64,000 nucleotides of DNA from NCBI GenBank assembly GCA_951406725.2, contig OX597821.1:107508001-107572000 (forward strand), in the 5' to 3' direction. Position 1 is the first letter of the stretch; the number at the start of each line of letters is the position of its first letter. Below the pieces are notes generated by a model, which was given only the letters and a program-made list of their open reading frames with translations, was not told the origin of the DNA and ran no database searches. Made by a program: the position numbers and the translations under genes. Source of the DNA: Octopus vulgaris (Eukaryota). This document shows, piece by piece, positions 41,871 through 57,629 of this stretch.

Positions 41871-42045
41871 CAACAACAACAACATCGAAAAATACCTTAG
41901 GAATGAGAACCTAGGTTCAAAATTTCCCCCAAGACACCTGATGAAGGCTGGAGGGTATATCAGCCGAAATGTTGTGTTAACAACAAACAAGATGAGGGCA
42001 AATATCCGTCAAATGTAAATAATGTAAATAATGTGAATAATGTAT
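41541..42045 (+). mobile_element. tRNA-headed SINE-like element with hammerhead-containing tail, interrupted in its (AAT)n by another element (41679-41806)
   Basis: TGGCGTAGTGG / GAGTTCGATTCC boxes. The tail matches 57432-57571 (minus) and 13654-13714. The insert matches the reverse complement of part of 45348-45655. Confidence 0.65.
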
Positions 42046-42062
42046 ATTGTTTTTGTTTTTAG

Positions 42063-42265
42063 AGACACATTGAAGTTGGAATGAGACGCAAAGGATATTA
42101 CTGCTTACGAGAATGGCAAAAGCCTTTCTTCGAGAAGATCTATGAACTTTATATGTTGACAGTGATGCTCATAATCCCGTCATTTGTAATGACAATTGCT
42201 TACCTTGGTATCTGTCACGAGATGTGGAATGTTTCCTATCGTAGAGCCGATATGAGAAGCGGCAG
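42063..42265 (+). CDS. Class A neuropeptide GPCR, internal exon (ECL2-TM5)
   Basis: ttgtttttag|AGA...GGC AG|gtgagt, phase 0 matching the previous exon. Translates RHIEVGMRRKGYYCLREWQKPFFEKIYELYMLTVMLIIPSFVMTIAYLGICHEMWNVSYRRADMRSG, with the ECL2 Cys and the TM5 P...Y motif. Confidence 0.93.
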
Positions 42266-42460
42266 GTGAGTATATCTCTTCCTTATATAGCTAGTTTAAG
42301 TGTATTGCGTGGCTGCGTGGTAAGAAGCTTGCTTCCCAAACACCTGACTCCGGGCTCAGTTCCACTGCGTGGTACCTTGGGCAAGTGTCTTCTACAAAAG
42401 CCTCGGGCCGACCAAAGCCTTGTGAATGGATTGGTAAACAGAAAGTGAAAGAAGCCCGTC

Positions 42461-42593
<133 letters not shown>

Positions 42594-42956
42594 CATATGT
42601 GTGTGTCTGTATGTACATATATATATATATATAGTTAATCAAATGCCGGGTGAATTTCGTTATTTTGTTTCTCTACCTACGTGATGTGTTTTTGAGTATA
42701 TATTGTCTGGGAGTTGTTTCTTACAGTAGAAGAAATAGCTAGATTATTTGGCTGCTATTTCTAAAGTTCGGTGTGTGGTGAAGCAAATTCTTTTGCCTAA
42801 CCCTTATTATAATAAATATTGTTTAAGGTTACCGATAATGGTCTTTTACATACCGAATCACTACTTGGTGGAATTATTAATTATTAATTTATTAATTTTA
42901 CCCTTTATTATTATATATATATATGTGTGTGTGTATGTGTGTTTGTGTGTGGGTGG

Positions 42957-43004
<48 letters not shown>

Positions 43005-44358
43005 ATGTATGTATGTAGTTGTGAGTGTGTGTCTGTGCTTGTACGACCACCGTCGCTTGACAACCGATGTTGGTGCGTTTACGTCCCTGTAACTTAGCGG
43101 TTCGGGCAAAGAGACCGATAGAATAAGTACTATAATTCCTGGAGTTGATTTGTTCGATTAAAGGCTGTGTTCCAGCATGGCCGCAGTCAAATGACTGAAA
43201 CAAGTAAACGACTGAAAATGACATATATCCTATGGAAATTATAGCCAGCACTGATTATGTTGAGATCGAAGATGAAAAAAATGGACAATGGACGTATATG
43301 CCATACTTCGGGAGTTTTTGCTTCTTCATCGGCACCCATCTAACCCCGTAATCAGCCACGAACACATTGCTTTGATAGCCAATAGATTCAACAGTGTAAC
43401 GTTATTGGATATACGAATGTAAGCACAATCCTGGAAGCTGGTCCGTAAATATTAATGACCTGTAGGGATACCATATTCCGTTATGCAACCGCTTTATGCT
43501 ACAAGGCATATTAAACGTTTTTATAAGTCAATACCGTGTTCTACTGTGTTAGCAGTGCTATTACATCACTTAGTTATCTCTACAGATTTTCTATGCAAAT
43601 TATAGCCAGCATTGCTTTTGGTACAACGTTTCGCATCCGAGGCGCCTGATATAAACAACAATGAAATCGTAGATGAAGAATGGTTAATGGACATATATAC
43701 CATACTTCGGGAGTTTTTGCTCCTTCATTAGTATCCATTGAACGCACTAATCCTCCACGAAGGTTTTATGTCAAATAAATCAGCGTCGAATCAAAGACGC
43801 AAAATAGGCGGCGCCAAAACAGCAGCGCCAAACAATTCATACCCGCTTTATCGAGACTGTAGAAATAAAATTCAAAGAATACTATTCAGTGGTTTGAAAT
43901 GGGAAATGTCAAGGACAAAACTGTACAATTAAAAGGTTTTAAGACAGCGCTTTATTGAAATATTCCTATCAATACTTCAATGCTGATTATTTCGAAACTA
44001 ACAGCATTCTGTGTTATTATGTTTGGCAGGGTATTGTCTCTGAGATTACATGTTCTCTGTCTATGAAACCTGCAAAGCACTACAGAAATTTATTATTTTT
44101 CCTAATTCTATAATCGTTAACAGGTACTGAAATTTTGTGAGAATTTTAGTCAGAAGACGATTCTGTTTTCTTGTTCTTTTCCTTTTTTTTTTTCTTTTTT
44201 TTTTTTTTTACTCTAAGGTTTCTGTATGACTTCCTCTAAAGAATTTTAGTTGCCAATAAACATGTTGAGAATATTAAAACGAAAAATATTCTGAAATATT
44301 ATATACACACGTACAAGCATTTAATATGCAAGTGCATACATATTTATGCATATATATA

Positions 44359-44421
<63 letters not shown>

Positions 44422-44742
44422 AATTTGAATTATCATTAAAATAGTGGGGTTGAGAAAGAAGACTTCAAGCCTTCATTTTTTTTTTTCATTTTTTTCTCAT
44501 CTCGCTTTGATTGATCCATTATCGAACAAGTAAATTGTAAATTTCGACAAAAAAAAATCTGATTAATAAAATTTGGTTGAACGTATTCTGTGTCAATTTG
44601 AATAATATTGTATCTTTATACGAGTTATCTCTTCTAATTATCACGAAACAAACATTGTCGGTATTTCTTTTGAAGCATCGAAATTCATTTCATTATAAGA
44701 GATAGTATTTTAAATCTTGGGAATTAGACACACAATCTCAAA

Positions 44743-44800
<58 letters not shown>

Positions 44801-45006
44801 TGTATGTATGTATGTATGTATGTATGTATGTATGTATGTATAGAATTAATACAGACACCCGTACGCAATGTGTGACCAAAAAGGAAAACTATAATTGTCG
44901 TTAAATATTACTAGGGTGTTAGAAACATCTACATAGCTAGAAATAAGAGCTAAAATGCTCTATATATATCAATTACTACAGCTGCTGCTACTACTACTAC
45001 TACTAC

Positions 45007-45056
<50 letters not shown>

Positions 45057-45347
45057 TACTGTATAACATTTCCATATTTCTACACAATATACTTTTCTAG
45101 GCCTGAATTTTTTGTGGGGAGGGGACCAGTTGAGTAGATCGACCCCAATACACAACTTATACTTAATTTATCGACCCCGAAAGAACGAAAGGCAAAGTCG
45201 ATCTCGGCAGTATTTGAACTCAGAACGTAAAGACAGACGGTCATAATATACAAATATTTCTCATGGCACCAGTTCACTGTTTACAGAAGCTTAGATTTTT
45301 TGTTTTCCGCGAATTTTTCAAGGGTCCAGCTAGTTATTATTATTATT

Positions 45348-45655
45348 AATGAGTGAGAGAGCAGTGCATGCCATCAATGTGACACTGGGGTAAAATATAC
45401 AAAGCCCAGTATACCCATCATGACTACCCGTCTGATAAGGGTACACCAGGCACATGCATTACAACCATATGTGTGCGACATGGTGATCTCATATCAAATA
45501 AACAACACATGACCTTGCAGGTGGGGCCCAGTTAGAATTTTCTTCAGGTTGAGTTGCCCATCCCGCTCAAACGGTCCCTGAATAAGGGTTGTTTAAGGAT
45601 GTTGAAAGAACCACCCATGTTTCCAGAGGTGAATTATTCAAACCCCAAAGAATCC
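45348..45655 (-). mobile_element. Retroposon 3' fragment within (TAA)n
   Basis: Shares its end with 41679-41806. Both copies are embedded in TAA repeats. Confidence 0.6.
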
Positions 45656-45664
45656 TTATTATTA

Positions 45665-45714
<50 letters not shown>

Positions 45715-46380
45715 TCAATCATTATTGTTGTTGTTGTTGTTAATCTTACCGTGATTGTCTTTGTCATTCGTCTTTTCGTGGTCGATACATCAAAATACCA
45801 TAAAACCATTTTCACAGTAAAATCTATGAAAGTCTAGTCATCTATCACCTGAGTTTTCTTAATGAACATTTTACGATGCAGCCAAGATGTGCTACGACAT
45901 CTCTCTACTTCCAACAATTATGAGCTATTTTTTTCTCAAACTTCACCATACTGTTTTAATAAAAGAGAAGATTTGTACAGATACATATGCAGAAGTGGCT
46001 GTGTAGTAAGAAACTTGCATCCTAACCACATGTTTCCGGGTTCAGTCCCACTTTGTGGTGCCTAGGGCAAGTGTCTTCTACTATAGCCTTGGTCCGAGTT
46101 GGTAGAGGGAAACTGAAAGAAGCTCGTCGAAAATGTATATATGTATCTATTAGTGTGTCTGTATCTGTCAAACTCACTATCGCTTGACAACCGATGTTGG
46201 TATGTTTACTTCCCCGTAACTTAGCGATTCGGAAAAAAGAGACCGATAGAATAAGAACCAGGCATACAAAGAAAAACTTCTGGAGTCGATTTTCTCCGAC
46301 TGAAAGGCGGTGCTCCAGCATGACCGCAGTCAAATGATTGAAACAAGTAAAAAGAAAAGACAAAAAGAATATATATATAA

Positions 46381-46455
<75 letters not shown>

Positions 46456-46482
46456 ATATACATATATATATAAATATACATG

Positions 46483-46565
<83 letters not shown>

Positions 46566-46574
46566 ATATAAACT

Positions 46575-47150
46575 GTTGCGGCATGGAAGTTGTTTATAAG
46601 ACATTTAAGAAACACACAAAACCGTTAGATTAACTTCAACATTTAAATTTAATTTGTCAAAATATTTTCGTCGCATTGTTGGTAGTTACGAAATGGTTCG
46701 CTGTGCATTTCTCAGACTGGAGAATGATACTCCACATCCCCATGTGAGCATTAAGGACTTTTTCGTTTTCAATGTACTCGAGTGTTGTTGTTTCTGTCAT
46801 GTCTCTGATGTGTGGTTGCATGTTCAAAATGTAATTAGATAAGTTGTCAACAGACATTCTACCTCATTTGTCAGTCGGAAAGCATACAATCTCTCTATTT
46901 TTGATACGATTTTTAATTTGTCAAGGCCCTTCTTAATTTTGGTGTCAAGATCATGGGTCTTATTTTTTGTTCGCTTTTGTTTATGTCTTTGGGTGTAATT
47001 AGAGAAAGCTGACAGGAGTTTGGATTTAGTAAGAGTAAACTTTGCTTTTAAAGCAGTGTCAGCATAGGGTGGTATGCATACTCTTTTGTTGGAGGGTAAG
47101 TTGGTAGGGCAAACCCTTTTCATGTAAAATTTTGTAATATTCTTTAAACA
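46575..47150 (-). mobile_element. Degenerate Penelope-like element ORF fragment
   Basis: With one frameshift reads KKGLDKLK-NRIKNREIVCFPTDK*GRMSVDNLSNY, resembling the DKG motif region N-terminal to Penelope RT. Confidence 0.55.
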
Positions 47151-49861
47151 AACTCTACCTAATTTGTATCGATCCGTTATATAAAAACCAATTGTAAAAT
47201 ATTTAAGCTGGTGTTGGGCCGAAGAAGTATCGAATGTGTTAACCAGAAGATTTCATTTCAAAATTAGCAGTTCAGCTTAAAATATTAATTAGTTCCACGT
47301 AGAAGATCATTCATTAACTCATTAGAGTTGAAAAATGTTATTGAAAAGGTTTTTACACAAAGTATTTTGTTATGAAATATAAGGCCACAAAAGTTATGGA
47401 TTATAACATGGAAGGTTTCTGTAATATTGAAAATTATGTTCAGATTAGCTCGCTATATTCAGAGTAGTTGAAAATTAAAGAAAAGCAAAAGACAAAGACA
47501 GGTCTATGAACAACAAGTAAGTGTATCTTTTTTTACGGTCGGAAAAAAATGAAAAAGTGTTTTACGTTTCGAGCCTGCGCTCTTCAACAGAAAGGAATAA
47601 GAGAAAATAAACAGAGACAAAATGAAAAAAAAAACTTGTAGATTTCAATGGTCCAGCATGGCGAATATAAAATATATTCAGTGTAGATGCGTAACTTACT
47701 GGAAACAGGGAATCAAGCTAACACCACTGCGAGTATTAATTGAAAAACAGCTAAATCGGTTTCAATAAGAGAACTACTTGTTTAATTCTAAAGTAAATAT
47801 TTCTCAATTTATTGAAATACTGAGCTGTGATAGAGGTTGATTTACAGACTAGCTGACGCTGTTTAACTGATTTTCTATACTTTGGCCTTTATATAGCTTG
47901 TATTTGTTATCTAATAACAGATAAAATTAACTCGAACTAAATGTTAAAATGTATTCCGTTTACGCAATTTACTACTTTAAGGTTTTTGTCAAATAAACAA
48001 TTTTGCTCAGATATCAGAAACAGCCTCAAAATGATAACCTACCTGCTAAAAACAGCAGCCAAATAACACCATGTTATCTAAACCCTTTGCCTGCCTGACT
48101 TCTTTTTATAAGTTGATCCTAAACATCCATGCTTGTTTTCAGAAATTTAGTTAAGCCCTTGTTTCATTCGTTCTAAGTCATATATAAAGTTACGCTGATG
48201 GTTGAAATAAAACTGGGAATGGCTGTGTGGTAAGGAGTTTGCTTCCCAACCACATGGTTCCGGGTTCAGTCCTACTGCGTGTCACCTTGGGCAAGTGTCT
48301 TCTGCTATAGCCTTGGACCGACCAAAGCCTTGTGAGTGAATTTGGTTGACGGAAACTGAAAGAAGCCCGTCGTATGTATATATGTATATGCTTGTGTGTC
48401 TCTGTTTGTCCACACACACACACACACACACACTCACCGTCGCTTGACAACCGATGTTGGTGTGCATACATCGCAGTAACTTAGCGGTTCGGCAAAACAG
48501 ACCGATAGAATAAGTACTAGGCTTACAAAGAATAAGTCCTCGGATCGATTTGTTCGACTAAAGGCGGTGCTCCAGCATGGCCACAGTCATATGACTGAAA
48601 CAAGTAAAAGAATAACATATGATGCATGGATGCCAGGAAAATATGTCCTGTGCATCATCACCGATAGAGTTTACCATTCTACATGATTGTGCGTCTGTAT
48701 ATATAAATTAATTTCCATTCAACCGGCTGTCCGCCCAAAGCATTTTCATAATTTGTTCCTAAACGTCCTTGCTTGTTTTCAAAATTTTAGTTAAGCCCTT
48801 ATTTCATTCGTTCTGAGTAATATTAAGCTTCCCAGTTATAAGTGATAAGATACTCAGGTGGGTGATAAAAATTGAGAATGCGTATCACAAAGGATGCATA
48901 GACGCCAAGGGAAATCTGTCCTTAGTGTCAGGTGTGAAACAAAGGAGAGGCATAGCGGTAAATAATGAAAGGACCCATTAGATAATGTAGCCCTGAAGGA
49001 TGGCCCCCTTCGGTCACGAATGGGCATGGAATTGCTCCTAGAAAGTTCCCTTCCGAAGCACAAGTCCGGGCATATTCTCCACACCACCGATGTTATCCAC
49101 GGGAAAGTCGAGTGGCAGTGTGGTAAGTAGCTTGCTTACCAAGCACATGGTTCCGTGTTCAGTCCCACTGCGTGACAACTTAGACATGTGTCTTCTTCTA
49201 TAGCCTCGGGCCGATCAAAGCTTTGTTAGTGGATTTGGTAGACGGAAACTGAAAGAAACCCGTCGAATATATATATATGTGTGTGCGTGTGTTTGTGCGT
49301 CTGTGTTTGTCCCCCTCCCCCCACCATCACTTGACAACAGATGCTGGTGCGTTCACGTCCTTGTAACATAGCGGTTCGGCAAAGGTGACCGATAGAATAA
49401 GTAGTAGGCTTACAAAGAATAAGTCCTGGGGTTGATTTGTTCGACTAAAGGCGGTGCTCCAGTATGGCCGCAGTCAAATGATTGAAACAAATGAAAGAAT
49501 AAAAGAATCTATATAAAGAGTAAATACCCCCTTCGGTCATGAATGACCATGGGATGGCACCGAGAAAGTTACTCTGCAAGGCACAAGTCCGGACAAGGTT
49601 GTTTATGGGAGACCAATAGACACCCATGCATACCGGCCTCTCCTCTCCACGCCACTGATGTTATTCTAGGGAAAGGCAAAGAGGCCGATACAGCTTGGCA
49701 CCAGTGATGTCGCAACTCATTTCTACAACTGAGAGAACTGGAGCAACGTGAGATAAATTGTATTGCTCAAGACACTTTATTTGGAACTCGCTACCTCATG
49801 ATTGTGAGCCCAACGCTCTAACCGCTGAGCCATGCTACCTTCCCAATGTATCCCTACACTC

Positions 49862-49915
<54 letters not shown>

Positions 49916-50462
49916 CATACATAAAAGAAACAACAGAATGACAACAGAGCCTTTGAATGCTACTTCTGCTCTACAAGAGTTAACCTGGGAACTCAACAAC
50001 AAAAAAATTAGCTTCTGATATCGAGGGAGACAAGAGATCTTTGAGAATTTTCTGAATAGATTCTTATTAACATACCAAATATATAAAAGGAAAAATGGGA
50101 ATCACAAAAGAATTCTAATGATTTTAAGTATCATAGAATTAACGCCTTTTGATTCTGTTTTTCATTTATGTCACTTTGCCAGTCTCAGCTCTTATAAAGC
50201 TTCTACAGTCTAAGTTGTTAGCGAAATAAGTTTTCATTAAAAAGCAAGCCTCAGGGGTACGGAAGCGCACCGAAAGTCTTATTGACATTGAGGCTCTCCC
50301 TGTCTCTCTCTCTCTCTCCCTCTCTCTCTCCCTATCTCTCTTTCTTTGTCACTCTCTCTCTCTCTTTCTCTCTCTCTCTCACACACACATACACATGCAT
50401 ACGTAATACTTATATATACAAATACATATATATATATATATATATAATATATATATATATAA

Positions 50463-50543
<81 letters not shown>

Positions 50544-50568
50544 CATATATATATATACATATATATAC

Positions 50569-50599
<31 letters not shown>

Positions 50600-50700
50600 C
50601 ATATATATATACATATATATATACATATATATATATATACATATATATATACATATATATATACATATATATATATACATATATATACATATATATATAC

Positions 50701-50737
<37 letters not shown>

Positions 50738-50793
50738 CATATATATACATATATATACATATATATACATATATATATATGCATATATATATA

Positions 50794-50870
<77 letters not shown>

Positions 50871-50929
50871 AGATAGAGACAGAAAGAGAGAAGTAGTATG
50901 ACATATCTCACACCACTTGACTTTACACT

Positions 50930-50967
<38 letters not shown>

Positions 50968-52209
50968 TATCGAATGGCTTTTTCGGTTTTCCAGTCATAC
51001 CACTTTGCCAATGACCCAGTTTTTATTTTTAAACACTTAATGACAATGTATGGCTCACATTAATAATAAATAATTATTATACTTAAGTAATCAGACACTC
51101 GAGTTTTGAACAGAGGCATTGCACACTGAAAGGTTATCGAAACCGATGTTTACTGCAGCTTAAAATATTTCATTCTTTCAATGAACGCTTTGCATACCAA
51201 ACCCTTTGAACGCCATATTTTCTTTTTGCACCAAAAGTCTAATATATCCACCTCCCCCGAAATTGCTGGCCTTGTGTCAAAACTTGAAATCAATATAGGT
51301 ACAAGGCCTAAAATGTCAGTGGCGGGGCGCTAGTACTCAACTAACATTTATATCATTGACCCCACGAAATGATGAAATTCAAATTCTACCACGTCGGAAT
51401 TTGAACTCAACGCATAAAACCGGAAGAAATACCGCTGATCATTTTGTCCGGCGTGCCAACGAGTCTGCCAGCTCACCGCCTTCCCATCCATAAAGTAATT
51501 GGTTTCATATTTTGGCACAAAGCCAGTAATTTTGAGGGTAGGACTAAATTGATAACATCGGTGATCAACCGGTTCTTACTTTATCGACCGTGAAAGGGAT
51601 GAAACCCAAAGTCGACCTCAGTGAAATTTGAACTCAGGACGTAAAAGTGGACGAAATGATGCCAAGCATTTTGTGCGCCTTGCAAACGACTCTACAGGCA
51701 TACGGCCTTCTCGTTAATTAATTGAAAAAACATATCAAGTTATAAAAATTGTTGCTGGAGTACATTTGGAAGTTTTGTATTCTGTCGCAACAGCAATAGT
51801 TCTTTGTGTAATGTCATATGCTTACAAAGCCGATCAATGCCATCGATATATCGATCTGTTAACAAAATGAAACGTGGGTATACATGCATATTCACCTGGA
51901 ATCACAGGAACACACAAAACATAAATGTTTGCTGCCATGTGAAGTCGTCTAACCAATTAACCTGGTCGCTTGATCTTCTAATTTGTGGCTAACGGAAATT
52001 GTTAAATAAACAATAAGAAATCTATATTTATTCACACAAGTATGTATGTATGTATGTATGTATGTATGTATGTATGTATGTATGTATGTATGTATGTATG
52101 TATGTATGTATGTATGTATGTATGTATTTATGTGTGTGTGTATACGTATATATGTATGTATGTATTTATGTATGCGTGTATATATGTATATATGTATATA
52201 TATATATAC

Positions 52210-52261
<52 letters not shown>

Positions 52262-52341
52262 TGACACACTAATATATAAATATTGTGTAAATGTGTGTAT
52301 GTGTACTATTAAAATAAAGAAATCCTTATACACATATATAT

Positions 52342-52382
<41 letters not shown>

Positions 52383-52566
52383 CAAGTAACATATCCATAC
52401 ACACACACACACGTTGGTCCTAATGAATGAGAAAAAAAAATGTACTGAGAACCATATTAGTGCACTAAGTATATTTAGTGTGATTTAGTAACCTGTTGCT
52501 CCTTATACATATAATACATGTGTAGGAGGGTATTTGTATCTATGTAGCGTAGACAGATAGATATAC

Positions 52567-52760
<194 letters not shown>

Positions 52761-54500
52761 GAAGATAGGAAGATAGGTACATACATACATATGTAAGTAT
52801 GGTATGTATATACGTATGTATACATAACATTCATGGTCGGTCGTCGGCTACTAAACCGATATACTTACCAAGAGAACCAGATGAAGAGGGTTGCTAGAAA
52901 CCCAGCAGGACTAAAAAAGAAAACCAGTCCAAAGGACAAGTGAATCTAGTGTAGGTTCAACGACTACTTAGCAGTAGCTTGGGCCCTCGGAAATTCCATG
53001 TCGGTGTCCGGCTTACTGGAGGACTACAAGGAGTGAGATCCACCACTTTTTTCTGCTTTTACTAAAGTATGTCATTAGGAGAAGGTCACTCTGATAGAAA
53101 AACAGATATGCAAAGAGTGATATTGGACATTTTGGAGATCTTTTGCTTGCACTTCAGATCATGACGCTCCTATATTTCTCAACCTGGGAAACAAACTGGT
53201 ATTGGATATTATTCTCCTGCTTGTCTCTGGATCATGTCAATAGAGTCATGAGGGTCTTTGTGGTGTTGTGTAAGCCTTAAAGGGTAAAAATACCCTTCGG
53301 TCATAAATGACCATGGGATTGCATCTAAAAACTTACCCACCGAGGAACAAGTCTGGACAAAGTTGTTTATGGTAAACTAACCAGCAGTCGTCCATGCATA
53401 CCAGAATCCTTACTACACGCCACCGATATTGACTAAGAGAAACGCAAAGGCTGATATTGCTTGGCATCAGTGATGTCGCAACTCATTTCTTGCGCTGAAA
53501 TAAAGTGTCTCGTTCAAGAACACAACACTCAGCCCGATCCGGGATTCGAACTCACTGCCTTGTGATTGTGAGCCCAATGCGCTAAGCACTTCTAACATTT
53601 CTTATTTCTTTATTGCCCACAAGGGGCTAAACACAGAGGGGACAAAAAGAACAGGCAAAGGGATTAAGTCGATTAAAACGACCCTAGTGCGTAACTGGTA
53701 CTTAATTTATCGACCCCGAAAGGATGAAAGGCAAAGTCGACCCCGGCGGAATTTGAACTCAGGACGTAACGGCAGACGAAATACCTGTTTCTTTACTACC
53801 CACAAGGGACTAAACTCAGAGAGGACAAACAAGGACAGACAAACGGATTAAGTCAATTATATCGACCCCAGTGCGTAGCTGGTACTTATTTAACCGACCC
53901 CGAAAGGATGAAAGGCAAAGTCGACATCGGCGGAATTTGAACTCAGAACCTAACGGCAGACGAAATACGGCTACGCATTTCGCCCGGCGTGCTAACGTTT
54001 CTACCAACTCGCCGCCTTCGAGCCATGCGCCTAAGCGAACCTAAAATGCTGCGCAGGCATTGCTTTGTAAGTGATGGTCATACACGTCTACGAGTTGATA
54101 ACCATTACGTATAAACATAAAATGTCCAGTATAAATGACCATTGTCCGAACAAGAGCACAATACTCATTTATGCAGAAGATATACTTTATTATGACAGCA
54201 AGAGCATCCACGAAAAGCTCATTCGTTTCTCGTGTCCAGTTGATAAAATGAACAGATTCAAATTTTCTGGGACAGGCTGTGAGCGCATGCGTAGAAGGAC
54301 ACCATACACTGGACAATTGGATAATTTATGTACCATATTTTATATGAGTGTTTTGTGCGTTTATATAGGCACAGGCGTGGCTGTGTGGTAAGAAGTTCGT
54401 TTCACAATCACATGGTTCTAGGTTCGGTCCCACTGCGTGGTACGTTGGGTAAGTGTCTTCTAATATAGCCCCGAGCCAACCATAGCATTGTGAGTGGATT

Positions 54501-54542
<42 letters not shown>

Positions 54543-55069
54543 GCAGGAGTGACTGTGTGATATGTAGCTTACTTACCAACCACATGGTTCCGGGTTCGGT
54601 CCCACTGCGTGGTACATTGGGTAGGTGTCTTCTACTATAGCTCCGAGCCGACTATAGCATTATGAGAGGATTTGATAGACGGAAACAGAAAGAATCCTGC
54701 CTTATGTGTGTCTTACTACCTGTGTTTATCCCCAGCCACTTCTTGACAACGGATGTTGGTGTGTTTCTGTCGCTGTAACTTAGCGGCACGGCAAATGACC
54801 CCGATAGAATAAGCACCGGACTTTTAAAAAAATAGATACTGGTGTCCATTCATTCGATGAAGAGTTCAATGTGGTGCTCCAGCCTGGCCGCAGTCTAAAG
54901 ACTGAAAGATAAAAGATAAAGAGATATTCACGTATACTGAAGTGCACGAATGTTTAGAATATAAAAACATCGTTGCAAGAATGAAGAAATATCTAGAAAA
55001 TCCTTTTGTGATTTAAATTGTTGAAAATTGTAAGAGAGCTATCATGGACAGCTGTAAAACTTTGGGAAA

Positions 55070-55100
<31 letters not shown>

Positions 55101-55125
55101 TGTGTACGTGCGTGTACATATATGC

Positions 55126-55163
<38 letters not shown>

Positions 55164-55768
55164 GTATGCATACGCACACACATACATAAACACACATACA
55201 CACACATATGTATATATATTTTTTCATTGCCCACAGGAGGCTACACATAGAGGGGACAAAAAACCGGATTAAGTCGATTATATCGACCCCAGTACACAAC
55301 TGGTACTTATTTAATCGATCCCAAAAGGATGAAAGGCAAAGTCGACCTCGGCGGAATTTGAACTCAGAACGTAACGGCAGACGAAATACCTATTTCTTTA
55401 CTACCCACAAGGGGCCAAACACAGAGAGGACAAACAAGGACAGACAAACTGATTAAGTCGATTACATCAACCCCAGTACGTAACTGGTACTTATTTAATC
55501 GACCCCGAAAGGATGAAAGGCAAAGTCGACCCCGGCGGAATTTGAACTCAGAACGTAACGGCAGATGAAATACCGCTGCGCATTTCGCCCTACATGTGTG
55601 TGTGTGTGCGTGTGCGTGCATGTATGCATATGCGCACACATGCAGAAAGTGAGTAAGGTGATGATGATGACGATGGTGATGACGACGATGACGAATAAGA
55701 TGATGACGATAGTGAAGCCGGCGGTGATGATGATGACGATGGTGTTGATGACGTTGATGATGATGATA

Positions 55769-55801
<33 letters not shown>

Positions 55802-55819
55802 ATGATGATGATGATGATC

Positions 55820-55854
<35 letters not shown>

Positions 55855-55898
55855 TTCTACGTGAATCTGATCAGCAACAAAATTTAAGAAAATATAAA

Positions 55899-55967
<69 letters not shown>

Positions 55968-56357
55968 GATACGCTCACATTTGAGTCCGAGCAGAAATTT
56001 AATTATTTTACGTGGAACAGATATCTACAAAATCGTGCGTGTAAAAGATATATACAAAAAAAAAAACAAATAATAATAATAGATAAATAAAGATTGCAAT
56101 CGAAGAACACACGCGAAGTGAATTGAGCAATAAACGTGTTTAACACTGAAAATAAAACTTAAAAAGAACAAGTTTAAATAATTTTATACTTATCCTCTCT
56201 GTTACTATTTACAAGCTAAATGCAAAATTAAATCCGAACGTCTACATTTTTTAAATGCCATGTCTAAGGGAGGAAAAATTAGATTATCTGACGATTTTAT
56301 CGTGCTTAACTGACTGCATTAATAAATTTAGTAAATTCTTTTAGACATAAACATATA

Positions 56358-56522
56358 GGCGCAGGAGTGGCTGTGTGGTAAGTAGCTTGTTTACCAACCA
56401 CATGGTTCCGGGTTCAGTCCCACTGCGTGGCACCTTGGGCAAGTGTCTTCTATTATAGTCTCGGGCCGACCAAAGCCTTGTGAGTGGATTTGGTTGACGG
56501 AAACTGAAAGAAGCCCGTCGTA

Positions 56523-56584
<62 letters not shown>

Positions 56585-56795
56585 TGTGTGTGTTTGTGCG
56601 TCTGTGTTTGTCCCCCTAGCTGGTGTGTTTACGTCCCCGTTACTTAGCGGTTCGGCAAAAGAGACCGATAGAATAAGTACTGGGCTTACAAAACAATTAA
56701 GTACCGGGGTCGAGTTGCTCGATTAAAGGCGGTGCTCCAGCATGGCCGCAGTCAAATGACTGAAACAAGTAAAAGAGTAAAAGAGTAAAAGAGTA
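56358..56795 (+). mobile_element. SINE family B, full-length copy
   Basis: Complete head to (GTAAAAGA)n tail. Near-identical to 24293-24703. Confidence 0.9.
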
Positions 56796-57280
56796 ATATG
56801 AAAGATCACTATATGGATTCCTTGTATGCTAAAAATAGACGCCAAACCGTCTTGCCACTAAATCTGTGCTCTCAAATTAGTAAGATGCTGGATGTTTTTT
56901 TCGAGCTAGACAAATGAAAAGAAATAAGCATAGCACTTAATTCCATCCCCTAAGGTTTTGAGAGGAACAATTCTATAATTGTCTGTGTCTTCTCAGTGAA
57001 ATCGGTGCCGTCACAACAATGGAACTGGGCACGAACCGTTTCTAATATGAAAACAAACTCATGCACTTAGGAAATACGACAGTTTAAATATACACCCACA
57101 CACATAAACAGGCGCAAGCGTGGCTGTGTGGTAAGAAATTTGCTTCTCAACCACATGGTTCCGGGTTCAGTCCCACGGCGTGACACCTTCGGCAAGTATC
57201 TTCTAATATAACCTCATGCTGACCAAAAACTTGTGAGTGGATTTGGTAAACGGAAACTGAAAGAAGCCCGTCGTATATGC

Positions 57281-57311
<31 letters not shown>

Positions 57312-57478
57312 CATGCATGCGTTTGTGCACCAGCCATCGCTTGACAACCGATGCTGGTATGTTTATGTCCAGGTAACCTAGCCGTCCGGCAGAAGAGACC
57401 GATAGAATAAGTACTAAACTTACAAAGAATAACATTATTTACATTTGACGGATAATTGTCCTCATCTTGTTTGTTGTT

Positions 57479-57524
57479 AACACAACGTTTCGGCTGATAT
57501 ACCCTCCAGCCTTCATCAGATGTC
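57479..57524 (-). ncRNA. Minimal hammerhead motif in SINE tail (paralog 41933-41978 on plus strand)
   Basis: GACAU-CUGAUGA-A-GGCUG(GAGGGUAUAU)CAGCC-GAA-ACGU-U-GUGUU. Confidence 0.65.
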
Positions 57525-57629
57525 TTGGGGGAAATTTCGAACCTGGGTTATCATTCCTAAGGTATTTTTCGGGCATATGGCGTACAGACAACCCCTAGTT
57601 TGGGGGTGATTTTTTAACGTTATATACGA

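Noticed and set aside
43586-43649. Candidate next GPCR exon after ctctacag
   Set aside because: In-frame TGA at 43647, and the sequence is part of a local duplication.
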